From NCBI GenBank assembly GCA_022616555.1, contig JAKEEG010000066.1, positions 1,702 to 65,701 of the forward strand: a stretch of 64,000 nucleotides of DNA. The letters run 5' to 3'. Shown here piece after piece: positions 18,989 through 27,871 of the stretch. Each line of letters starts with the position of its first letter. The stretch's first letter is position 1. The translations under genes and the position numbers were made by a program. Source of the DNA: Ignavibacteriota bacterium. GTDB lineage: Bacteria; Bacteroidota; Ignavibacteria; UBA10030. The notes beneath the pieces are model-generated. The model saw only the letters and a program-made list of their open reading frames with translations, had not been told where the DNA came from and searched no databases.

Positions 18989-19043
18989 CGCAGGCTTCAG
19001 CCTGCGGGGTAGAAGTGAGCTGCGCAACCTGAAGGTTGCGGCT
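18989..19043 (+). terminator. tandem tetraloop hairpins (CGCAGGC-ttca-GCCTGCG; GCTGCGCAACC-tgaa-GGTTGCGGC) after etfA
   Basis: Two adjacent stem-loops lie immediately 3' of the etfA stop. No strong T-run follows. Confidence 0.45.
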
Positions 19044-19086
19044 ACCCGTATGTATTTAGAGAGTTTTATTCCAAGGAGACGATGTT

Positions 19087-19671
19087 GTGGAGAAGATTCA
19101 AGTTGACATTTTAGGATTATCGACCAGCCCGTCGTCGGGCGGGGCGTATGCGCTGGTTCTCAAGGAGCTCAATGGACCGCGTCGCCTGCCGATCATCATC
19201 GGCGCGTTCGAGGCGCAGTCCATCGCGCTCGAGATGGAAGGCATCAAGCCGCCCCGGCCTTTGACGCACGACTTGATGAAGACCATCATCGATTCGATGG
19301 GCGCGGGCCTTGCGGATGTGTTCATCAGCGAGCTGAAGGACGGGACCTTTTACGCCCGGCTCAATATCGACAGCCAGGAAATCGACTCGCGCCCCAGCGA
19401 TGCCATCGCTCTCGCGGTCCGCTACGGCGTGCCGATTTTCGTCGCCGACCAGGTGATGGACGAAGCGGCGTTTGTGCCAGAGAACGAGAATGCGGATGCC
19501 TCGGCTACGCCTGAAGCTCCCGCGGCGAAGGAGAAAGCTGCACCGAAGCCGAAGCTTTCCAAGCTTGAACAGCTGCAAAACCAATTAGCCGAAGCGATTG
19601 CCAAAGAAGATTACGAGAAGGCCGCGCACCTGCGGGATGACATCCGCAAACTTCAGGGGCGGGACTCGTAA
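19087..19671 (+). CDS. bifunctional nuclease family protein (DUF151) with C-terminal UVR motif
   Basis: 194 aa with a BFN-like core followed by a UvrB/UvrC-type helical UVR motif (KEDYEKAAHLRDDIRKLQ). Confidence 0.7.
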   Translation: MEKIQVDILGLSTSPSSGGAYALVLKELNGPRRLPIIIGAFEAQSIALEMEGIKPPRPLTHDLMKTIIDSMGAGLADVFISELKDGTFYARLNIDSQEIDSRPSDAIALAVRYGVPIFVADQVMDEAAFVPENENADASATPEAPAAKEKAAPKPKLSKLEQLQNQLAEAIAKEDYEKAAHLRDDIRKLQGRDS

Positions 19672-19679
19672 TCGCATCG

Positions 19680-20645
19680 TTGTTGAACCTCATCGACGAC
19701 TTCCAACGCACACGAAGGAATCCTCTGTTGAACGCTCCCGATACCCGTATGCCTCAAAGCCGCAGGGTTAGCGTAGTCAGTGCGTTTCCCAGTATCCCGC
19801 AGTTTTTTTGCGGGGCGAGCGTCCTCGTGTTGATGTTTCTCAACGTGCTGCCAGCCCTCGGCGCAACTCAGATTTCACCCCCTCCGCATGTGAACGATAC
19901 GACAGCCATTGCTCAAGCCGTCGTTGTAGACAGCATGTCCGCGCTCTTCCTTATTCAGGAGGGCGACGAGTTTGCCGAGAAGGAGTTCGACAACCAGCGC
20001 GCGCTCGCACGCTACCTGGACGCCCTGACGGTTGAGCCTAACAGCGACGAGATCTTCTGGCGCATCAGCCGCGCGTATGTGGACATTGCCGAACACCTGC
20101 CGTCCGTGACCGAGAACGACCGCACCTACCAGCTTGCAACGTACGAGCGGGCGATGGAGTATGCCAACAAGGCGATCGGCGCAGACCCGGGCAGCTCGAT
20201 GGGCTACGCCCGCCGAGCCGTAGCAACCTCACGCATTGCGATGTTCAGTGGCGTGTGGGAGTCGAGCGAGCTGATTAACCGCGTCCGCGAGGACGCGCAA
20301 CGGGCAATCGAGCTTGACCCGCGCAACAGTCTTGCCCACTTCATGCTGGGCCGCACGCACGAGCGGACGAGCGAGCGCCCGTGGATGTTCCGCGTTGTGC
20401 TGGGACTGGCGTGGGCCGACCTGGAAGAAGCAGCCGTGCATTATGAAGAAGCCATCCGCCTGCGCCCCGATTTTATCTCCTACCGCATTTCCTGCGCCCG
20501 TGCGTATTTTGAATTGGGCGAATATGAGAAGGCAAAAGCTCATCTTTCGGTTATTCCCTCCCTCCTCAAGCTGGACGAGGACGACGACCGCTTCAAGCAG
20601 GAAGCCAAAGACCTCGTGGAGAGAATCCGCGAAGAGGAAGAATAA
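19680..20645 (+). CDS. hypothetical TPR-like helical repeat protein (possibly secreted; start uncertain)
   Basis: 321 aa with a hydrophobic segment (VLVLMFLNVLPALGA) followed by helical repeats and an acidic tail. I recognise no specific family. Confidence 0.4.
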   Translation: MLNLIDDFQRTRRNPLLNAPDTRMPQSRRVSVVSAFPSIPQFFCGASVLVLMFLNVLPALGATQISPPPHVNDTTAIAQAVVVDSMSALFLIQEGDEFAEKEFDNQRALARYLDALTVEPNSDEIFWRISRAYVDIAEHLPSVTENDRTYQLATYERAMEYANKAIGADPGSSMGYARRAVATSRIAMFSGVWESSELINRVREDAQRAIELDPRNSLAHFMLGRTHERTSERPWMFRVVLGLAWADLEEAAVHYEEAIRLRPDFISYRISCARAYFELGEYEKAKAHLSVIPSLLKLDEDDDRFKQEAKDLVERIREEEE

Positions 20646-20665
20646 CCTCCCCGCTCACAAAAAAT

Positions 20666-20748
20666 GTCATTGCGAGGCGCCTTATGCCGAAGCAATCTCA
20701 CCGCCGAAGAAAAACGAAATTGCTTCGCTGGAAAACGCTCGCAATGAC
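20666..20748 (+). repeat. two-stem palindromic element E2 (GTCATTGCGAG...CGAAGCAATCT...GAAATTGCTTCG...CTCGCAATGAC) followed by a T-run; probable terminator of the upstream gene
   Basis: Homologous to E1 (9206-9290), with compensatory changes in both stems. It is followed by TGGCTTATTTTTTT. Confidence 0.7.
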
Positions 20749-21421
20749 TGGCTTATTTTTTTGAATGGTGTTTTAAGGATTACTGTCATCTCATACCTAC
20801 CTCTTAACTCCTAGCGTTTTAAGCAGTTATACGATTTTACATTTTCATTGCATTTTTCTCTTGACTTTTCCATTTATCATCATTACATTAAATATCAATA
20901 ATTAGTTAGTATAGCTGTTATCCTGATTCAGCAGGGTAATGGCACCTTCGGGCGTACGGTCTGCAGCTGCCCGCTCGGAGTAAGCGAATTATCAATGTGT
21001 TTTCCTAACTCACTGGCGTCCCCCTCAGCGTCCTTTGTAAGGGCCTACGACACGAAATCCGCTAAGTGCGGACTTCGGGCTCTGGATGCTCTGGGTCGGA
21101 GCCCGCGGGCCTGCCCGCCATTTTTGTGGCGGGGATGTTGCCCGTTCGGGCCGTGCCGAGTGAATCTATTTGTCGTCAACTCTCTCTTAGCCTCGGTGCG
21201 ACGCCTTTCAGTTAGGATAAATTAAAGAAAGCAGGTAATCAGTAAGATAGTAAGCAGTTAGACAACAGCAGATACCGCCACGATCGCCAACAGGCAAGCC
21301 AGACGCTTTCCAAAGAAAAAATCACAAAAGCGTAAAGGCAGGCATGCCTGCCGAAGTGTTTTCGGCACGTAGGCAGGGGTGTGTACATTGGGAGAAGTGG
21401 TCTCAAAAGCTCGAAGGGATT

Positions 21422-21482
21422 GTCATTGCGAGGCGCCTTTTGCCGAAGCAATCTAACCCCAGAAGAAAAACGAGATTGCTTC
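21422..21482 (+). repeat. truncated copy E3 of the two-stem element (lacks the 3' outer arm)
   Basis: Near-identical to the 5' 60 nt of E2. Confidence 0.6.
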
Positions 21483-21574
21483 GTCAGAGATGGAATCCTT
21501 TTTGTACTTAACAATGTCGAGAGTCTTCAACAATTCCTACAAAACTTTCCTGGAGGAATGGAACAGAGAAGATA

Positions 21575-21664
21575 AGAAAGTGGGGGCTTGATTTATCAAG
21601 CCCGTGTTATTTTGCAATCGTAGGGGTTTGATGAATCCATTTGGGTTTGATGAATCAAACCCCT
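21575..21664 (-). terminator. hairpins downstream of the MFS transporter gene (GGGCTTGAT-tt-ATCAAGCCC; GTAGGGGTTTGAT...ATCAAACCCCTAC)
   Basis: A 13-bp stem overlaps the stop codon region of the minus-strand gene, with an additional 9-bp hairpin next to it. Confidence 0.5.
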
Positions 21665-22833
21665 ACAGTCTTGTCCACCCCCTTCCCCCTCTTGTGCGAA
21701 ATCCACAGTGCGAGGGCGCAGACGGCGGCGGCGGCGAAGAACGGCAGCGAGTAATTCCACTCGAACAAAATACCGGCGAGCGGGGGACCAACGACCATCA
21801 TCGCGGCGATGACAGACGACATAATGCCGATGATCTCGCCTTTCATCGTCGGGTCGGCAAGCCCTGCAGCACGGCTGACGAATACGACGCGCAGTGTCGA
21901 GTGCGCGACGGAAAGAATCGGGATGCTGACGGCAAACACGTAGGGGTTGCGGATACCCATCAGTACCATGCTCACACCCATTGCGCTGAGCATACCGAAC
22001 TCCAATTGAGACTCCGTGTATTGCTTCAGCCAGAACGAACGCAAGAAGACCGCTTGGTTGAGTGCCATGAACAGCCCGGAACCCGTGAACATCAACCCGG
22101 TGGTAAACGAATCGAACTCCAACGCGCGCTCGGTGTAGAGCGCGAAAACCGTCTGCGAGGTCATAAATGCCAGCCCGAAGAGTATCCACGAGATGTAGAG
22201 CGGACGCAGGGGTTTATCGTACAGCGCACGCGCGAGCGGCGTAAACGGGTTATAAGTAATCGGCGCGGTGCGGCGTTTGTCGGGAGGCAGTGTCTCCGGC
22301 AAGGAAAAATAAGCCACGACGGTATTGGCAAGCGCGAGGAAGCCGGTGAACAGGAAGGGGAGCGAGTGCGATGTTGTGCTCAGGAATCCGCCCAAACTCG
22401 GACCGACGACGAAGCCAATGCCCCACGTTGCGCCGATGAGCCCGAGGTTTGCAGAGCGTTCTTTATCGTCATGCGCGATGTCAACCAGATAGCTCTGCGC
22501 GATGGTGTAATTGCCGGCCGCAACGCCATCGATAATCCGGCCGAGGAACAACAGCCATATCGTGTGCGCGCTGGCGAAGACAAACCATCCGACAGCCGTG
22601 CTGAAAATGCTGATGAGCAGCACGGGCCTGCGCCCGATTTTATCCGAGAGCGCACCCAAGAACGGGCTGCTCAGGAACGAAAAAAATGCGAACACGGCGA
22701 AGAGCATCGTAATGGTAAATGCCGACGCGCCGAAATCGCCGCCAACGTAATACGGGAGGACGGGGATGACAATCCCGAACCCGAGCACGTCCACAAACAC
22801 GGTAAAGAGAATGGTGAATTTTTGTTTGTTCAT
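21655..22833 (-). CDS. MFS transporter (DHA1 / TetA-like, 12 TM)
   Basis: 392 aa with the motif FTVFVDVLGFGIVIPVLPYY and a loop LSDKIGRRPVL, which are MFS signatures. Confidence 0.85.
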   Translation of the reverse strand: MNKQKFTILFTVFVDVLGFGIVIPVLPYYVGGDFGASAFTITMLFAVFAFFSFLSSPFLGALSDKIGRRPVLLISIFSTAVGWFVFASAHTIWLLFLGRIIDGVAAGNYTIAQSYLVDIAHDDKERSANLGLIGATWGIGFVVGPSLGGFLSTTSHSLPFLFTGFLALANTVVAYFSLPETLPPDKRRTAPITYNPFTPLARALYDKPLRPLYISWILFGLAFMTSQTVFALYTERALEFDSFTTGLMFTGSGLFMALNQAVFLRSFWLKQYTESQLEFGMLSAMGVSMVLMGIRNPYVFAVSIPILSVAHSTLRVVFVSRAAGLADPTMKGEIIGIMSSVIAAMMVVGPPLAGILFEWNYSLPFFAAAAVCALALWISHKRGKGVDKTVGV

Positions 22834-22903
22834 AGTTTATAACATAACCGCAGAGGACGCAGAAAGCGCGGAGAAAAACTCTTAGTGCCCTATAATTTGT
22901 ATC

Positions 22904-23023
22904 CTCCCCCTGTCCGTCTACGACGGACATCCCCCTCAAAGAGGGGGACAAAAGAACTCTGGTTTCATTTCATGTTAAGTCGATTTTGTATATCCCCTCC
23001 CCGAGGGGGATACAGGGGGAGGT
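22904..23023. repeat. cluster of REP-like palindromes (CCCCCTC-aaa-GAGGGGGACAAAAG; ATCCCCTCC-CCGAGGGGGATACAGGGGGAGG) plus the GTCCGTC/GACGGAC hairpin
   Basis: Inverted repeats read directly from the sequence. They lie between the MFS gene start and the 5'-nucleotidase stop. Confidence 0.7.
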
Positions 23024-23036
23024 TTAGAAAAAAACA

Positions 23037-25235
23037 TTACCGCACGAGGATGATAGCGCGTGCGTGGCGGGAGGAGGGCGTTAACATCCGGACGATGTAC
23101 ATCCCGCTTGCCGCCGGCGAGCCGTCGCTGCCGTCGCCTGCCCACCGTACTTGGAATTCGCCTCTCGCCCTCTCTGCATCGAGCAATGTCTTGACTTCCT
23201 GCCCCAGCACATTATACACGCGCACGGCGACACGCGCCGGCGCGGGTATCCCGAATACAATTGTTGTTTCGCGGTTGAACGGGTTGGGATAATTCGGGAG
23301 AATGTAGCTCGTCGTCGGGAGGACGGGCGCTACGTTGGAGACCGGCGGCTGGAGGTAGCTCAAGCCGTTGGTGCGGATTTCTTCCAACTGGTAATAGTAC
23401 GATACGCCGCGCTGGGTGGTTGTGTCGAAAAATTCCGTGGTTGTCAATGAATCCGCATTTAAGTTGGCGAACGGAGCAGTGCCGAGTTTCCGGCGAATGT
23501 TGTACGAGACGACATCGGGGTTGTTTGCCCAGTCGATCAGCACCCCCGTTTCCGTAGAAGTGAACGTGAGCGCGGCCGTGCTTGACGCATTCCACACGCG
23601 CCCCATTTGGATGATACCGGCGTCAAATTCGCCTAAAGAGCCGAGGTATTGTTTCATCGCTTCATCCGCGCCGAAAGCAGTATCTACGCGGCTGATAAAT
23701 TGAATGAGGCCGTTTGATACTTCTCCCGCTAAATCGGCGACAAATTCGTTGAGAGCGATGCGATAAACTTTGTTTAGGTCCAGAGGCTCATTGTTGATCC
23801 AAACATCTTCCACAAAGCCTAACGAGGAAATTGTGTATTGCAATCCAGAGGTTTGGAACGCCAGTCCACCGCCTCCACCGCCGAAAAAATCGGACGACAA
23901 TTGCTGAGCAGAATTGAGCATAAAATGAAACATCGAGCCGGTCATTTCTACGAGCGTGATGCGTTTGCCGAGATTGTGTACCGAGTCGTACGCCCAGGAG
24001 AGCGTCTGCCGAAGCTCCGCAGTGGAGATCGCGCCTGCGTAAAGGCTCTGCCGCATGAGCGATGAGACTTCCAGCGCGGCGTCGGCGTTGGTGGCGTATA
24101 CGTAGGCGTCAGTGACTAAATTCACGAGCGGGGATTCCGGGTTGCCGCCGGAAAAATTATTCTCTGGGAATTCAGCAGTTAACACAGCGACAGTATCGGA
24201 GTACGGGTTGTTGTACGTTGCGTTGATGGAATCGCGGTACGCGTCCAGCAGCGCGGTAAACACGGCGTCTTCATCCAGCGGCGCATCGATTTGATCTAAC
24301 TGGTACGACCACGACTTTGTGCTGTCGGTCAATATCAACGTGAGCATGCCGAGATAGCGCCACTTGGAGCCCGCCTGCACGATAATAGTTGAATCGCCGG
24401 CGGGATTGATTTCGAGCACAGGTTCTTCGAGCGGTGTGTGTGAGTGCCCGCCTACGATAACGTCGATGCCGGCTACGTTCTGTGCGATTCGTCGGTCTTC
24501 GCTCACGCCAAGATGCGTAACGGCGATGATGACATCAACGTTACGTGCAGTAAGTGAGTCTACCATACTTTGCGCTGTGCCGGTAGTGCTTGCAAATGTG
24601 ATTGATTCCGTTTCGCCGTACGAAGTCGTTGTGCGTGTCGTCAACCCGAAGATCCCAACATCCAAGCCGCCGATGTTTTTGACGACGAATGGTTTCACGT
24701 ATTGGTCCAGCCCGCTCGTGTCGGCATTGTACTGAATGTTGGCAGAAAGGATATCGAACATTGCTCCGGATTCCACGATGGCGTTCTTTAATCGGAACGG
24801 ACGGATGTCGAAATCATGGTTGCCGAGCGCCATGGCGGTCATGCCCATTTCGTTGAAGAGCTCAAACTCTGCGCGACCGAGGAAGCGGTTAAAAATCAAA
24901 TCGCCGGTGAAGCTGTCGCCGCCGTGGAGCAACAAGGGATTAACGGATGAATCGCGCAGGACGTTGAGCCGCTGAACAAGCCGAGCCGCCGCGCCGTTTT
25001 GGGGGACGCCGTTCACTTTGGGTCCCCACGGATAGACGTAGCTGTGCGTGTCGTTGATGTGGAAGATGGTCAACGTGTCTTGGGCGTGAATAGTTTGTAT
25101 GAAGAATAAACCGATGAGTAAAATGTTAAGTGTAAAGTAACCCCCTGCGTTCCGGTTAGCCGCGGCTAACCGGAACGCGTCCCCCTTGGTTAGGGGGACA
25201 AAAAAGCTAATGAATTTGTGCATCACACTAAGCAT
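23037..25235 (-). CDS. bifunctional metallophosphatase / 5'-nucleotidase with C-terminal T9SS (Por) sorting domain
   Basis: It has the calcineurin-like motifs GNHDFD and GGHSHT and a 5'-nucleotidase C-domain. The C-terminus (NYPNPFNRETTIVF...VYNVLGQEV...SGMYIVR) is the T9SS type-A sorting signature. The ORF extends to 25361 but the first ATGs are at 25235/25223, so the start is uncertain because REP copies occupy the 5' region. Confidence 0.8.
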   Translation of the reverse strand: MLSVMHKFISFFVPLTKGDAFRLAAANRNAGGYFTLNILLIGLFFIQTIHAQDTLTIFHINDTHSYVYPWGPKVNGVPQNGAAARLVQRLNVLRDSSVNPLLLHGGDSFTGDLIFNRFLGRAEFELFNEMGMTAMALGNHDFDIRPFRLKNAIVESGAMFDILSANIQYNADTSGLDQYVKPFVVKNIGGLDVGIFGLTTRTTTSYGETESITFASTTGTAQSMVDSLTARNVDVIIAVTHLGVSEDRRIAQNVAGIDVIVGGHSHTPLEEPVLEINPAGDSTIIVQAGSKWRYLGMLTLILTDSTKSWSYQLDQIDAPLDEDAVFTALLDAYRDSINATYNNPYSDTVAVLTAEFPENNFSGGNPESPLVNLVTDAYVYATNADAALEVSSLMRQSLYAGAISTAELRQTLSWAYDSVHNLGKRITLVEMTGSMFHFMLNSAQQLSSDFFGGGGGGLAFQTSGLQYTISSLGFVEDVWINNEPLDLNKVYRIALNEFVADLAGEVSNGLIQFISRVDTAFGADEAMKQYLGSLGEFDAGIIQMGRVWNASSTAALTFTSTETGVLIDWANNPDVVSYNIRRKLGTAPFANLNADSLTTTEFFDTTTQRGVSYYYQLEEIRTNGLSYLQPPVSNVAPVLPTTSYILPNYPNPFNRETTIVFGIPAPARVAVRVYNVLGQEVKTLLDAERARGEFQVRWAGDGSDGSPAASGMYIVRMLTPSSRHARAIILVR

Positions 25236-25403
25236 TTTTTTCGCAACATTTTGGATTCCCCCCCCCGCCTCTTCGAGGAACTCCCTCAAGAAGGGGGACA
25301 AAAAAAATCTTTGACCCTCCGCCGAAGATGCAGAGGGAGCAGGGAACGTTTCTGTATGCATTATTAGAAATTCTTCCTCTGTCCCCCTCTACGAGGGGGA
25401 TAC
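25141..25403. repeat. cluster of REP-like palindromes (CCGGTTAGCCGCGGCTAACCGG; TCCCCCTTGGTTAGGGGGACAAAAAAG; ...CTCAAGAAGGGGGACAAAAAAAA; GTCCCCCTCTACGAGGGGGATACAGGGGGAGG)
   Basis: Same family as 22904-23023 and 47184-47216. The first two units fall inside the predicted N-terminal region of the 5'-nucleotidase ORF. Confidence 0.7.
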
Positions 25404-25419
25404 AGGGGGAGGTTATGAT

Positions 25420-26601
25420 TCAAGCCAAACATATTTTTCCTAACACAACTTGTTTCAATGCGCCGGTGACACTTGGGATGTTTGATGGATTTTCGACGAC
25501 AGTTTCGTTAGCCAACAATGCGAAAATCATCGCCTCCTTGGCGTCTGAAGAAATGCCGATATGCTCAATCGTATTGACGGCCGCCGGTGCGAAATGTTTC
25601 CGCAAGCTTTTCATAATCGCTCTATTATATGCGCCGCCGCCGCTGACGAGCAGCTCATCGACCTTCATGCGCTGTGCAATAAATTTTTTGTACTGCGAAT
25701 AAACAGCATACGCTGTAAACTCTGTTGCAGTTGCGAGGATGTCGGCTTTGTGTGCGCCTTTCGCACGGGTTAGCAAGCGATTGATGAACGCCGCGCCGAA
25801 CTCCTCGCGACCGGTAGATTTAGGCGGCTTACGTTTGAAAAACGGATGCGACATCATCCAGTTGAGGAGTGAAGGTATAACACGCCCGCGCAGGGCGAGC
25901 GTTCCGTTCGGGTCGAATTTTTTTTCGTAAAACTTCCGCGTGAGTGCGTCGATCACCATGTTGGCTGGACCCGTATCGAATGCGGTCACTTGCCGCGGGG
26001 AGCAGTTCTTCGGGAGGATTGTGAAATTCGCGATGCCGCCTAAATTTAACAGGATGCGGTTTTTGGATTTCGACCTGCACAGGGCAAAATCGAAATACGG
26101 TGCAAGCGGTGCACCTTGCCCGCCGACAGCCATGTCGGCGGCGCGGAAATCGCCTATCGTTGTAATACCCGTCAGTTGCGCGATGGTGGATGGGTCACTA
26201 ATTTGCAGGGTGGCGCGCACGGTTTTGCCGAACATCCGGTGCGGGTTGGGCAGGTGGTGTATCGTTTGCCCGTGCGAGCCGATGAGGTCTATGCTCGAAA
26301 GCGCTACGCGCGCTTTACGGACAATGCGCTTCACCGCGTCGGCGAAGAAGTGCGCGTAGATGATGTTCAACCGCGCAATAGTATCGACAGTGCCCGAGCC
26401 GGGTAGTGAATTTTTCAACACCAACTCGCGGAAGCCTTTCGGGAACTTGTAGGTATCGAACGCCAGCAGCTTGATGCGCGCGGAAGCTCCAGAGCCGGAA
26501 ATCCGCACCAAAGCTGCATCAATGCCGTCGAGCGAGGTGCCGGACATCAGTCCTACTACAAGCTTTGTATGCTTGCGTTGAAGTTGTGTAAGTTTTGTCA
26601 T
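25420..26601 (-). CDS. anmK: anhydro-N-acetylmuramic acid kinase
   Basis: 393 aa with the start VVGLMSGTSLDGIDAALV, typical of AnmK. Confidence 0.9.
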   Translation of the reverse strand: MTKLTQLQRKHTKLVVGLMSGTSLDGIDAALVRISGSGASARIKLLAFDTYKFPKGFRELVLKNSLPGSGTVDTIARLNIIYAHFFADAVKRIVRKARVALSSIDLIGSHGQTIHHLPNPHRMFGKTVRATLQISDPSTIAQLTGITTIGDFRAADMAVGGQGAPLAPYFDFALCRSKSKNRILLNLGGIANFTILPKNCSPRQVTAFDTGPANMVIDALTRKFYEKKFDPNGTLALRGRVIPSLLNWMMSHPFFKRKPPKSTGREEFGAAFINRLLTRAKGAHKADILATATEFTAYAVYSQYKKFIAQRMKVDELLVSGGGAYNRAIMKSLRKHFAPAAVNTIEHIGISSDAKEAMIFALLANETVVENPSNIPSVTGALKQVVLGKICLA

Positions 26602-26692
26602 TCGGAATTTTTATGATACAAAAAAGTCCTGATAGTTACTGCTTTAATCGGCTTGACTCCATCTTTCCTTCCAAGTACTTTAGTAGAACGCT

Positions 26693-27748
26693 ATGCCCGA
26701 GACCGTCACACTGAAAGAGCTTCTTACCCAGCACACGAAGGTGGGCGAGCTGTACCACACTATGCCCGATGACTGGGTGCGGTGCTACGCGTGCGGGCAC
26801 CGGTGCAAAATTCCGCCCGGCAAGGATGGCATTTGCCGCGTGCGCTTTAACCGCGATGGCAAACTCTATGTGCCGTGGGGCTACGTGGGCGCATTGCAGC
26901 TCGACCCGGTGGAGAAAAAACCGTTCTTCCACGCGTACCCGGCATCGAAAGCGCTGAGCTTCGGCATGCTTGGCTGCGACTACCATTGCGGGTATTGCCA
27001 GAACTGGGTCACGTCGCAGGCGTTGCGCGACCCGGTTGCAGGCGCACCGCCGGAATTTATCTCGCCGGAGGAATTTGTCGACCTCGCGCTCAAGCATAAA
27101 GCGAAAATCGTTACCAGCACGTATAACGAGCCGCTTATTACGAGCGAGTGGGGAGTTGAGATCTTCAAGCTCGCGAAAAAGGTCGGGCTTGTTACTTCCT
27201 ATGTCTCGAACGGCAACGGTACAGCGGAAGTACTGGACTATATCCAGCCGCATGTTGATTTATATAAAGTCGATTTGAAGGGATTCCGTCAGAAGGCATA
27301 CTCGCAGCTCGGCGGGGTCTTGCAGAACGTGCTCGATACGATTAAGATGCTGCACGAGCGCGGCATCTGGCTGGAGATTGTGACGCTGACGATTCCCGGC
27401 TTCAATGACTCCGATGAAGAGCTCAAAGATATTGCGAATTTCCTTGTCTCGGTCTCACCGGATATTCCGTGGCATGTGACGGCATTTCACAAAGACTATA
27501 AAATGACGGAGCCGGATAATACTCCGGTGAAAACATTGATACGCGCGGCGGAGATCGGCTACAACGCGGGCTTGCATTACGTGTACGCGGGCAACAGACC
27601 GGGAGAGGTCGGTACGTACGAGAATACATTTTGTCCGTCGTGTCGTGAAACGCTCATCGAGCGATGGGGATTTAAGGTTGAAAGCAATAGGCTAAAAGAC
27701 GGCGCGTGCGTCAAGTGCGGGACAAAGATAGCGGGACGGTGGGAATAA
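26693..27748 (+). CDS. amrS: AmmeMemoRadiSam system radical SAM enzyme
   Basis: 351 aa with an N-terminal Cys-rich stretch (CYACGHRCKIPPGKDGICRV) and a radical-SAM CxxxCxxC-type motif (CDYHCGYCQNW). The overall pattern matches this family. Confidence 0.8.
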   Translation: MPETVTLKELLTQHTKVGELYHTMPDDWVRCYACGHRCKIPPGKDGICRVRFNRDGKLYVPWGYVGALQLDPVEKKPFFHAYPASKALSFGMLGCDYHCGYCQNWVTSQALRDPVAGAPPEFISPEEFVDLALKHKAKIVTSTYNEPLITSEWGVEIFKLAKKVGLVTSYVSNGNGTAEVLDYIQPHVDLYKVDLKGFRQKAYSQLGGVLQNVLDTIKMLHERGIWLEIVTLTIPGFNDSDEELKDIANFLVSVSPDIPWHVTAFHKDYKMTEPDNTPVKTLIRAAEIGYNAGLHYVYAGNRPGEVGTYENTFCPSCRETLIERWGFKVESNRLKDGACVKCGTKIAGRWE

Positions 27749-27871
27749 AAAGCAGCGGGGGAGTCCCGCTAAACAGCGGCGGGATTTCGCAGAAAACGCT
27801 CAACAGAGGGGCTGGGGGCAGAAGAGGCGAAGGAAAAAAATTATCACGCTATAACTTAACAAGGGGGATTT

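Noticed and set aside
20860-21240. Possible tmRNA, RNase P RNA or SRP RNA in the long intergenic region
   Set aside because: I looked for GGAAAGTCCGGGCTCC and ACAGAACCCGGCTTA (RNase P), a tRNA-like acceptor/T-arm with an ALAA-type tag ORF (tmRNA), and the SRP domain IV motif on both strands. None was present. The region is kept only as an unclassified candidate.
21604-22842. 412-aa plus-strand ORF rich in R/E/D/G
   Set aside because: It lies entirely antisense to the well-supported MFS transporter gene. Its composition is a typical mirror-frame artefact of a GC-rich gene..
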